The notes under the pieces were generated by a model. It was given only the letters and a program-made list of their open reading frames with translations, did no database searches and was not told the DNA's origin. Positions 28,751-36,727 of a DNA stretch of 64,000 nucleotides are shown one piece after another (positions within the stretch are counted from its first letter, which is position 1; the number at the start of each line of letters is the position of its first letter). The translations under genes and the position numbers were made by a program. Source of the DNA: Candidatus Nanoarchaeia archaeon (GTDB lineage Archaea; Nanobdellota; Nanobdellia; SCGC-AAA011-G17; DATDVL01); the NCBI GenBank assembly GCA_035289925.1, contig DATDVR010000005.1:112916-176915 (forward strand), read 5' to 3'.

Positions 28751-29572
28751 TTAAGCCTTCAGAACTTTATCTGCCGGCTCCATACCCTTCCAAGCATGAT
28801 TGAACAATTCTTCCATTGCTGTTGCGAAGTATGGGGTTGTAATCCAGACTCCTACGTCATAAGTAGGATGGACTTCGTCATCATTCAAAACCATGAACAT
28901 CAATTCACGGCCGTCTACAATGCAGAATCTTGCGTTTATTCCTTTAACATGGCGTACTTCAGCAACTTTTGAAATGTCATTCACTGCAGTGGCTGATTCT
29001 TTTGTCAATGGAGCTGCAATTCTTATCTTGACGCCTTTCTTCTTCAATCTTTCCAATTCTGACTTTAAAGCCTCTACTTTTCTTAGAATGCCTTTTGAAG
29101 TTGTCATTATGGTTACTGATTTTGTTGCTCCCTTAACCAAAGTTTCTAAGTGAGTGTACAAATTGTGTCTTCCTCTAATTGCACCTGCCAAATCTGATGG
29201 CTCAACAAACTCAATCCCTTGCTTGTGAAGTGTGTTCAATTCGTTAAGAACATCTGCTCCCTTCAATTCATCAAGCTTCTTTACTTTTTCATTTGCTTCT
29301 CTTCCAACCAATTTTTTGACACGCTCAACAACTTCTCTTGGCTCAACTGCCAAATATTTTATTGGCTTGCCTAACTTCATTACTACAAAACCTTTTTTCT
29401 CTAAAGATTCAAGAACATCATAAGCCCTTGATCTTGGAACATTACCAATGTCTGATAACTCACCTGCTGTAGAAACACCTCGAGAAAGCAATGCAGTCCA
29501 AATTCTAACCTCATAAAGATTAAGGTCAAAAGATTGTCTAAGCTTTGCTAAAAAATCTTCCTTCACTATCAT
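28751..29572 (-). CDS. TrmB family transcriptional regulator
   Basis: LNLYE..., VPRSRAYDVLESLEKKGFV helix-turn-helix; start revised to MIVKE after GGAGGG. Confidence 0.92.
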   Translation of the reverse strand: MIVKEDFLAKLRQSFDLNLYEVRIWTALLSRGVSTAGELSDIGNVPRSRAYDVLESLEKKGFVVMKLGKPIKYLAVEPREVVERVKKLVGREANEKVKKLDELKGADVLNELNTLHKQGIEFVEPSDLAGAIRGRHNLYTHLETLVKGATKSVTIMTTSKGILRKVEALKSELERLKKKGVKIRIAAPLTKESATAVNDISKVAEVRHVKGINARFCIVDGRELMFMVLNDDEVHPTYDVGVWITTPYFATAMEELFNHAWKGMEPADKVLKA

Positions 29573-29724
29573 CCAAAACCCTCCTAGGATCAACCTCTTT
29601 TTTATTAAAAATCACCACTAATGAATATCAGTAGCGATTTCCTACTTTAATTAAATATAAACTATAAGATAGTATCAATTGCCCATATATAAAGATTATT
29701 ATTCTATATTGAGCATATTACTCC

Positions 29725-30820
29725 TCAAGGATAGCTAATATTCAGAAGCTTAAGATATTTGTTTAATTCAGCGGTTGAGATTTCACCTGGAAAGTAATCA
29801 TTAAGCAGTTTTATTACTTTCTTTCTTAGACTAAAGGTGTTTGCATTTTGAGCATAACCGTTCCAGCCGCAGAAAGAACTGTATATCTTATCATAAGTAA
29901 TTCTTCTAGAATCGTAAAGCTCCTTGTATTTTTCAATTCTTTTAGACAATTTCCTCTTATTTATCTTTCTTAGAAGCTTGTGGTAATAAAAAATCCTAAA
30001 ACCTAAAAAATTAATGCCTTTATTCAAATTTATTATTTTAGATTTACTAGGATGCAGTTCCAATTTCAAGTTTTCTTTTAAAAAATCATCAATCGCCCCC
30101 CCCCCTTATTTTTAAAGTTTCTTTAGAAGAATCTAAAATGATAAAATCATCAACATACCTAATATAATATTCTGCTTTTAAATTATGTTTTACGAATTGG
30201 TCTAGTTCATTAAGATAAATATTAGCAAAAAATTGTGATGTCAAATTACCTAATGGCATTCCTATTCCTTTTACTTTAGAATTGAAATTATTTAAGATCT
30301 TGCTTATAAGCCAAATAACTTTTTCATCTTTAATCTTGTTCTTTAAAACATTCAATAAAACTTCATGTGAAACTTCGTCAAAATAATGCTTAATATCAGC
30401 TTTAAAAACATAGCATTTTTTCCTGTTATTTTTACTTACTTTTCTCTTGAAATAATCAAATCTATTCAAGGCCTTTAAGTTTCCTTTGCCTTTTTGATTG
30501 GCGTAGGAATCATGAATGAAAGATTTACTTAAGATAGGTTCTAAAATATTGCACAAAGCGTGATGAACTATTCTGTCTCTAAAATCTGATTTAGAAATTT
30601 TTCTGGTTTTTGGATCTCTTAATATAAATGTTCTTAAAGGTAAAGGATTGTAAGTGTGAAACAATAATTCTAATCTTAGTTCTTCCAAATTTTTATCCAA
30701 ATCCTTTTCAAATTCCAATACATAAAGCTTTTTAGATTTTCTTTTCTTAGCTCTCTTATAAGCCATCAAAAGATTAGTGTAGCTGCAAATCTGCTTCCAC
30801 AAGTTATTGTAAGTCTTCAT
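29725..30820 (-). CDS. DGR reverse transcriptase, frameshifted at a G10 tract (30096-30105)
   Basis: PKTRKI, FRDRIVHHAL, KADIKHYFDEV, GMPLGNLTSQFFANIYL, YIRYVDDF in the upstream frame; LELHPSKS...GINFLGF and thumb region in the downstream frame. Removing one G gives 364 aa from the ATG at 30820 (370 aa from 30838). Confidence 0.93.
30096..30105 (-). repeat. G10 homopolymer inside the RT gene
   Basis: Plus strand shows ten consecutive C, the longest G/C run I noticed in this AT-rich window; it sits exactly at the frame break. Confidence 0.95.
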
Positions 30821-30828
30821 TGTTAAAA

Positions 30829-31105
30829 GCCATAGCATTTGTTAGGTTATTCCAACATAACGCCCATTGTTGTTGAAGTTGTTGTCGCCATTAAGACCGT
30901 TGTTGTCATCGTTACCAACATAAGACAAGCGCAAGCAAAATAGCTCTCTTACCTTCTATATCACTGTTGCTTCACATTTTCGACTAGTTACTAAGTGTTG
31001 CAACTGAATTTTATGGCTACTCTATGCCCTAGTAAAAGAGCGTGTAGCCTAACAATTCTTAACTTCATAACAATAAGTTACTCATTAGTTAAGCTATGCT
31101 AAGGC
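30829..31105 (-). ncRNA. Putative structured DGR template RNA (leader + TR + short spacer)
   Basis: TTTATAA box overlapping the end of the target gene; three local stems and two long-range pairings around the TR, read by eye. Confidence 0.55.
30852..30932 (-). repeat. DGR template repeat (TR), 81 bp (extendable to 30847)
   Basis: Reads CGC TTG TCT TAT GTT GGT AAC GAT GAC AAC AAC GGT CTT AAT GGC GAC AAC AAC TTC AAC AAC AAT GGG CGT TAT GTT GG; aligns without gaps to 31278-31358. Confidence 0.97.
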
Positions 31106-31135
31106 AAAATAACGATAGAATCTAATCTTATAAAA

Positions 31136-31972
31136 TTATTGGTAAAGCTTTATTATTGTCTTTTCAAAATCTTCTCTTGTTGAATCTGCAACGAAAGGTT
31201 TTGAAACTCTTAAAATCTCTTCTAAAGTTGGTGTCTTTATTTCCTGTGGAGATTTTTGCGCGCCGACTGCACGTACCCCAACAAAACGCCCATTGCCGCT
31301 GAAGTAGTTGACGCCATCAAGACCGCCGAAGTCAACGCCACCAACATAAGACAAGCGCCCTAAATTCTTTTGTTTTATATCTTTAGCTTCATTAAACCTA
31401 TGCCAGCTTCCTAGTGTATTAACTCTATAAGTTTCCGTTGCTTTCTTGAAATAAGCTGAAGCCCTTTCAACGCTGCCAGATTTTGCTAAAACTATGTCAT
31501 TTTTTATCCATTCTTCTTGTGTAAGCCTTTCTGACTTTGCTTTTTGCGCATTGCTTAAAGGCATTATAACTGCATAATTTCTTGGAAGCTTTGAATCTCC
31601 ATTTTTTCTTAAATCTTTTATAGAAACTACTGCCCTTTCATCTGATTCTTCAAGAACGGCTTTAAGCTCGTCATCTGTGACTTCAACAAAACCATAATCT
31701 AGTTGGTTTTTTCTTTTTGCCCTTATTGTATCTGGAGTGAATACCTTTGTTCCATGCTCGATTACTGCAAGCTTACTTCCTTTTGAAGCATATTCGGCTC
31801 CATTTGGAATATACCAAGTATTGAATGGCAGTTCATTATTAATTCTTGCCTGAAGTATCTCTGGAGAAGTAAATATTGTCTTAAGCTCTCTTTGAGCTGT
31901 TTCTAAAGCAACAGCTAAAACTGAATTATAAACTGGCAATAGTTCTCTTTTCTCTAGAGTTGAGTTTAGCAT
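31136..31972 (-). CDS. DGR target (variable) protein, probably C-type lectin fold
   Basis: Contains the VR in frame (aa 206-233, RLSYVGGVDFGGLDGVNYFSGNGRFVGV); the fold is inferred from the DGR context and the GRFVGV ending. Confidence 0.92.
   Translation of the reverse strand: MLNSTLEKRELLPVYNSVLAVALETAQRELKTIFTSPEILQARINNELPFNTWYIPNGAEYASKGSKLAVIEHGTKVFTPDTIRAKRKNQLDYGFVEVTDDELKAVLEESDERAVVSIKDLRKNGDSKLPRNYAVIMPLSNAQKAKSERLTQEEWIKNDIVLAKSGSVERASAYFKKATETYRVNTLGSWHRFNEAKDIKQKNLGRLSYVGGVDFGGLDGVNYFSGNGRFVGVRAVGAQKSPQEIKTPTLEEILRVSKPFVADSTREDFEKTIIKLYQ
31278..31358 (-). repeat. DGR variable repeat (VR)
   Basis: 67/81 identical to the TR; all 14 mismatches fall on TR adenines (8 A>G, 6 A>T). 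Confidence 0.97.
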
Positions 31973-32150
31973 AATAAAATAAACATTTTACTAGTATATA
32001 AAGCTTGTGATTTTGTAGTTACTATTAAGTAATATAAAATAATTTCAATTTAGACGTAAGATTTTCTGAAAATTGCAGTAAAAATTAATAAAGACTAAAA
32101 TATTATTAAAAATAGTAAAATATATAAACTATAGTTCATTACTATAGACT

Positions 32151-32366
32151 ATGGTTACTACAATTCAAATAGGGGAAAGGACAATGGAACAACTTAAAAC
32201 AATTAAAAAGACTCAAGGACTTAAATCATATGAAGAGGTAATACAGGAACTTTTGCTTAAATCAAGGACTAAAAAATCTTTTTTTGGATTTATGGGTAAA
32301 TCAGGAAATCTACCAAAAATGCTTAAAGAACTACAGGAAGAAAGGAGAGCAAGTGACAGATTTTAA
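32151..32366 (+). CDS. vapB: VapB-type antitoxin
   Basis: MVTTIQI...LK.IK...SYEEVI..LL; overlaps the PIN gene. Confidence 0.8.
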   Translation: MVTTIQIGERTMEQLKTIKKTQGLKSYEEVIQELLLKSRTKKSFFGFMGKSGNLPKMLKELQEERRASDRF

Positions 32367-32718
32367 TTTTATTGACAGTTCTATTTGGTTAGCCTACTTA
32401 GAAGGTGAAGAAAATGTAGTTCCTTATATAGACAATGCTACAGGAGTTGCCACTTCAGTTATAACATTATTTGAAGTAGCTAAAAAATATAAAAAGTTAA
32501 ACTATCCAATTCAAAAAATAAAAGCTTGCATTTCTTTAATTAAGGAAAGGAGTGTCTTATTCAATGTAGATGAAGATGTAGCGACTAATGCGATCAATTT
32601 TTCTAATTCCTTAGCTATGGCAGATGCTTTAATCTATGCAACTTCTCAACTAAATAAGTTTAAATTAATCACAAAAGACAACGATTTTAGAGGCATGAAT
32701 AATGTTTTGGTAATTTAG
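32353..32718 (+). CDS. vapC: VapC PIN-domain toxin
   Basis: FIDSSIW, TLFEV, MADALIYATS, LITKDNDF; GTG start at 32353. Confidence 0.9.
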   Translation: MTDFNFIDSSIWLAYLEGEENVVPYIDNATGVATSVITLFEVAKKYKKLNYPIQKIKACISLIKERSVLFNVDEDVATNAINFSNSLAMADALIYATSQLNKFKLITKDNDFRGMNNVLVI

Positions 32719-34395
32719 TTACTTCTTGCCACGCTGCGAGTTATATATTTTTTCAATAAGATTAATGTCGCTTATATCATCTAAAGAACGATCAAAACGC
32801 ACCCTTAAAAATCTTGGGAAGCGCATGGCATAACCCGAGGAATATGAAGGACTTTTCTGGATTTCTTCAAATGCAACTTCAACAACCAATGAAGGATGCA
32901 ATGTAACTTCCTTGCTTTTCTCTGAGATAATTAAAGGCTTAAGCTCTTTTGTTATCTGCTCGAATGTGACTTCATTTTCTCCTTTCTCTTTTACTCCTGT
33001 GCTTACCTTACCAACTTCAACTAGATTTCCATCAGAATCTTTGCAGGCTACAGTATAAGATGAAAGCCATTTTGCTCTTTTGCCTTCACCCCATTCTGCT
33101 TTGACTATTACTAAATCCAAAGTTTCCAAAACTTCTTTTAATTTTGCCATGAAGCCAACATATCTTCCTGGCTTGTAAGAAGCTGTGATAGACTTGAACA
33201 TAATACCCTCGTGGCCTGCTTTCAAAGCGCTCTTGTAAAAAGTTTCAACCTCTTTTGCAGAATCTGTAATCAAGTTTTTAGCCAAGACTATTTTCTTGTC
33301 AATCGGCTTTACAATTTTTTCCAAGATTTTTCTTCTTTCTAATAATTGTTCATTGAACAAACTTTTACCATTCAAAAATAATACATCAAAAACATTAACC
33401 TCAACAGGGAATTTTTTACCCATTTCTTCAATGTCGTATTTTCTTCTAATTCTCTGAGAAATACTCTGGAATGGCAAGTATTTGCCTGTTTTTTTATCAT
33501 AGCCAACAACTTCTGAATCTAATATTACTGAATCTGCCTTTACTTGGGATTTTATTATTGGAACCAATTCTGGAAACTGCTTTGTGACATCTTCCATTCT
33601 TCTTGTTAATAATTTAATCTCATTACCTTTCTTGTGAATCTGCATCCTGAAGCCATCGTACTTGAATTCTATTTCTGCTGGCTTTCCAACAATTTCGAAT
33701 CCTTCTTCTATGTTTTTAGCTAGAATAGCAAGCATCAAGTTTATTGGCTTGCCTGGCTCTAGTTTGACTTCATGTAATTTTTTTTGCTTTGCTAGTTTGG
33801 CAACTAAGCCGTAATCTGTCAATAAATCATAAGCATTTTCTACTTCTTCAACTGAAATGTCAAAAGCTTTTGAGATTGAATCTCGAACAATTCCAGCTGC
33901 AATTCCAATCCTTAACTCTTCCAGTACCGTTCCAATGATAAATTTGGCTTCATCTGGAGAAGCATTTGAAAGCAATTCTGAAACTAACTGAACTTTTCTG
34001 TTAACTGTGCCTTCTCCTTCCAAAGTTGAAAGCTTCCTGATATTGTTGAAGACTTTTGAGACTGTAATCTCCTGCGAGAACAATGTAGATTGCTTTTTCT
34101 TTGTAATCAAGATTGAAGCTACTTTTCCCAAGTCTCCTTCCTTGTTGAATAATTTTTCAATCTCGTTTATCGAAGAACCTGTAACAGATGAAATGGCCTT
34201 CATTACTAATCTTGATGAGAACCCTATCTTGCTATCATCCCATAAAGGAAAGACCTTGCCTTGAACTAGATAAACAATTTTCTCTAAATCTTCGTCTGCA
34301 GACTTCAATAAAGAAGCCAAAATATCTGTTTTTTCCAGCCTCTTTGTAGTCTTTCCCAGGCTCTTATAGAAATTGACTAAAATTGAATATTGCAT
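32719..34395 (-). CDS. lig: ATP-dependent DNA ligase
   Basis: EFKYDGFR adenylation motif, LDSE, VFDVL, EGIMFK, MRFPRF; start revised to MQYS. Confidence 0.96.
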   Translation of the reverse strand: MQYSILVNFYKSLGKTTKRLEKTDILASLLKSADEDLEKIVYLVQGKVFPLWDDSKIGFSSRLVMKAISSVTGSSINEIEKLFNKEGDLGKVASILITKKKQSTLFSQEITVSKVFNNIRKLSTLEGEGTVNRKVQLVSELLSNASPDEAKFIIGTVLEELRIGIAAGIVRDSISKAFDISVEEVENAYDLLTDYGLVAKLAKQKKLHEVKLEPGKPINLMLAILAKNIEEGFEIVGKPAEIEFKYDGFRMQIHKKGNEIKLLTRRMEDVTKQFPELVPIIKSQVKADSVILDSEVVGYDKKTGKYLPFQSISQRIRRKYDIEEMGKKFPVEVNVFDVLFLNGKSLFNEQLLERRKILEKIVKPIDKKIVLAKNLITDSAKEVETFYKSALKAGHEGIMFKSITASYKPGRYVGFMAKLKEVLETLDLVIVKAEWGEGKRAKWLSSYTVACKDSDGNLVEVGKVSTGVKEKGENEVTFEQITKELKPLIISEKSKEVTLHPSLVVEVAFEEIQKSPSYSSGYAMRFPRFLRVRFDRSLDDISDINLIEKIYNSQRGKK

Positions 34396-34432
34396 GGAAA
34401 TGTTTAAATAATTGGCTAATTTAAATCTTTTC

Positions 34433-35020
34433 ATGGATATTGAAAAAGTTATTAGTTCTAGAGCAAGTTGCAGAAACTACAAGGACAAAAAAGTCACATT
34501 AGATTTGATATATAAGATGCTGAATGCAGCTACAAAAGCTCCTTCTGCCGGTGATTTACAGAACTGGAGGTTTGTTGTAGTAAGAGACAAGAACAAGATA
34601 AGTGAGATAGCTAAAGTCTGCTTAAGCCAGAAATGGATTTCCAAGGCACCTTGCTTGATTGTAATCTGCAACGACAAGGAAAGAGTCATGAAGATGTTCC
34701 CTAAAAAAGGAGAAATTTATTCTATCCAAAGCTGCGCTGTTGCAGCAAGCCATATAACATTGATGGCTGAAGAACTTGGATTGGGAAGCTGCTGGATTGG
34801 AGCTTTTGACGAAAATGCTGTAAAAAATATCCTAAATATTGATGAAGCTGGAGTTGAGATAATCTTGACAGTAGGATATCCTGAAGAAAAAGAGAAGAAA
34901 CCTGCTCAATGTGATGTGACAAATATAACTTATTTTGATGAATGGGGCAAAAGAGAAAGTAACGACAAACTAGATCTGAAAGGCAAGCTAAAAGAAATTC
35001 TAAGAAAAATAAAGAAATAA
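34433..35020 (+). CDS. Nitroreductase family protein
   Basis: SRASCRNY, APSAGDLQNWRFVVV, LGLGSCWIGAF. Confidence 0.92.
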   Translation: MDIEKVISSRASCRNYKDKKVTLDLIYKMLNAATKAPSAGDLQNWRFVVVRDKNKISEIAKVCLSQKWISKAPCLIVICNDKERVMKMFPKKGEIYSIQSCAVAASHITLMAEELGLGSCWIGAFDENAVKNILNIDEAGVEIILTVGYPEEKEKKPAQCDVTNITYFDEWGKRESNDKLDLKGKLKEILRKIKK

Positions 35021-35062
35021 AACCCTGGATGAGCTCCCTGGTATTTCCTCGCTAAATATTAT

Positions 35063-35153
35063 TTAAAAAAAAGAAAAAGGCTGATGCGTGGCGCATCAGC
35101 AAAAAGTTATAAAGGGCAAAAAAAAGTCTTAGGGGGTTTCTTGTTGCCCTTTA
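35063..35153 (-). terminator. Tandem hairpins with T-tract downstream of ftsZ
   Basis: Perfect stem GCTGATGCG-tgg-CGCATCAGC (35080-35100) followed on the minus strand by CTTTTTCTTTTTTTT; second stem TAAAGGGCAA/TTGCCCTTTA (35110-35153). Confidence 0.7.
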
Positions 35154-36251
35154 ATATGATCTTTGCTTGATTGGAGCACTGACCATGTCAATGCCCAATT
35201 CCTCACTTACCTGCATTGCTCTTGCAGATGCCTTTTTGTGGTCTACCTTACCCAAGATGTATGGTGAGTTGACTCCGGTAATAATTGTCATTACTCTAAG
35301 AGTTCCTGCCATGCTATCTTCAATTCTTGCTCCCCAGATGACATTTGCGTCTGGATCCAAGCTTTCGGTAATTAATTCTCCAGCTTTGCTTACTTCATCC
35401 AAAGTCAAGTCTGGACCACCAGTTATGTGAATCAAAGCACCTGTTGCTCCTTCATAGCTTACGTCAAGCAATGGGTTAGTTAAAGCTCTTCTTGTTGCTT
35501 CTTCAACTCTGCTTTCAGTGTTAGATTCTCCAATACCTATGACTGAGACTCCACCGTCAGACATGATGGCTCTAACATCTGCATAGTCTAAGTTTACTAA
35601 TGATGGTGTTGAGATTGTCTCTACTATTCCCTTAATCATTGTCGAGATTAACTCATTTGCTACTGCAAATGCCTGCTGTACTGGCAAGTTGCCTGCAATG
35701 CTGACTAATCTATTGTTATCAATGACAATTGCAGTGTCGCAGACTTCTCTTAGCTGCTGTAGTCCAAATTCTGCCTTGTCAACTCTGGCCCTTTCAATGT
35801 CGAATGGCATTGTTACTGTGCCTATAACTATTGCGCCATTTTCCTTTGCAACCTGTGCAACTACTGGTGCTGAACCTGTTCCTGTTCCTCCACCTTCACC
35901 TGCACATATGAATACCATATCTGCGTCTTTTAAATAACTCTTAAGATCGTGTAAGTTTTCCTTTGCAGCTTCCAATCCTTTATTTGGGAAACCTCCGCAT
36001 CCTAAACCTCTTGTCAATTCTCTTCCTATCAATAGCTTCTTGTCTGCTGAACTTATGTCCAAGTGCTGCTTGTCTGTGTTCAAAGCTATTATCTCTGCTC
36101 CCTTGATTCCTTTCTTGTGTAGCCAGCTTACCATATTTGAACCGGCTCCTCCGCAACCAACAACTTTAATGTTAGCTGTTCCTACTTTCAAATCGTTTGT
36201 AGGATTGTTTGCAGCTGACTGCAATGCGCTTTGTACTAGTCCTTCCATCAT
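35151..36251 (-). CDS. ftsZ: Cell division protein FtsZ (FtsZ2-type)
   Basis: [30 protein letters not shown] (FtsZ2-like T7 loop), C-terminal LGIDMV. Confidence 0.97.
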   Translation of the reverse strand: MMEGLVQSALQSAANNPTNDLKVGTANIKVVGCGGAGSNMVSWLHKKGIKGAEIIALNTDKQHLDISSADKKLLIGRELTRGLGCGGFPNKGLEAAKENLHDLKSYLKDADMVFICAGEGGGTGTGSAPVVAQVAKENGAIVIGTVTMPFDIERARVDKAEFGLQQLREVCDTAIVIDNNRLVSIAGNLPVQQAFAVANELISTMIKGIVETISTPSLVNLDYADVRAIMSDGGVSVIGIGESNTESRVEEATRRALTNPLLDVSYEGATGALIHITGGPDLTLDEVSKAGELITESLDPDANVIWGARIEDSMAGTLRVMTIITGVNSPYILGKVDHKKASARAMQVSEELGIDMVSAPIKQRSY

Positions 36252-36727
36252 TTTTTATCCCCCATCTTTTTTTGTTTTTTTGTGTTGTATATACTCCACT
36301 ACAACAATATTTATATTGTAGTTTGGATTATTACCTTTTTAGAAATCAACTTGAAGTTTAATGATAAATGATTTAAACTTTTAAGAAACAAACTATCTCG
36401 AACGAAACGCCAAATTTCAATGTTCGAAACGCTTAATATTTACGCTTTGATTTTAACGCCAATTAAAACCGAAGCTCCGAACTTCTGAGTTATAATTTTA
36501 TTACCTTATATTAAGTAGTATATAAACCTTTTTTACCTGCGAAATATATGTTACAATAAATAAGTGACGTTTAAAACATCTTAAAAGAGCTTCTAGATGC
36601 AGTTTATTGATACTTTTATTTTACAAATAAAAAACAGTGAAATTCATGGAAATGACTGATTTTTGTCATATTTTGATGACAGAAAATTAGCAAAACTTTT
36701 TATATTGTTGAACATAATTATTAGGTT

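Noticed and set aside
29725..30069. 114-aa ORF next to the RT as a separate accessory (avd) gene
   Set aside because: It carries RT C-terminal motifs (LELHPSKS, GINFLGF) and joins the upstream RT frame if one G is removed.
29725..30838. RT as a group II intron, retron or CRISPR-associated RT
   Set aside because: Short length, LGNLTSQ and YVDD motifs, no maturase or endonuclease extension, and an adjacent adenine-specific TR/VR pair all point to a DGR.
30865..30915. GTT/AAC triplet runs as a microsatellite
   Set aside because: They are the AAC codons of the DGR template repeat.
35080..35153. GC-rich hairpins as an independent ncRNA or repeat element
   Set aside because: Their position right after the ftsZ stop with a following T-tract is adequately explained by termination or 3' end protection.
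36652..36685. ATGAC/GTCAT inverted repeats upstream of gatD
   Set aside because: Operator-like but short, with no second instance or cognate regulator identified.
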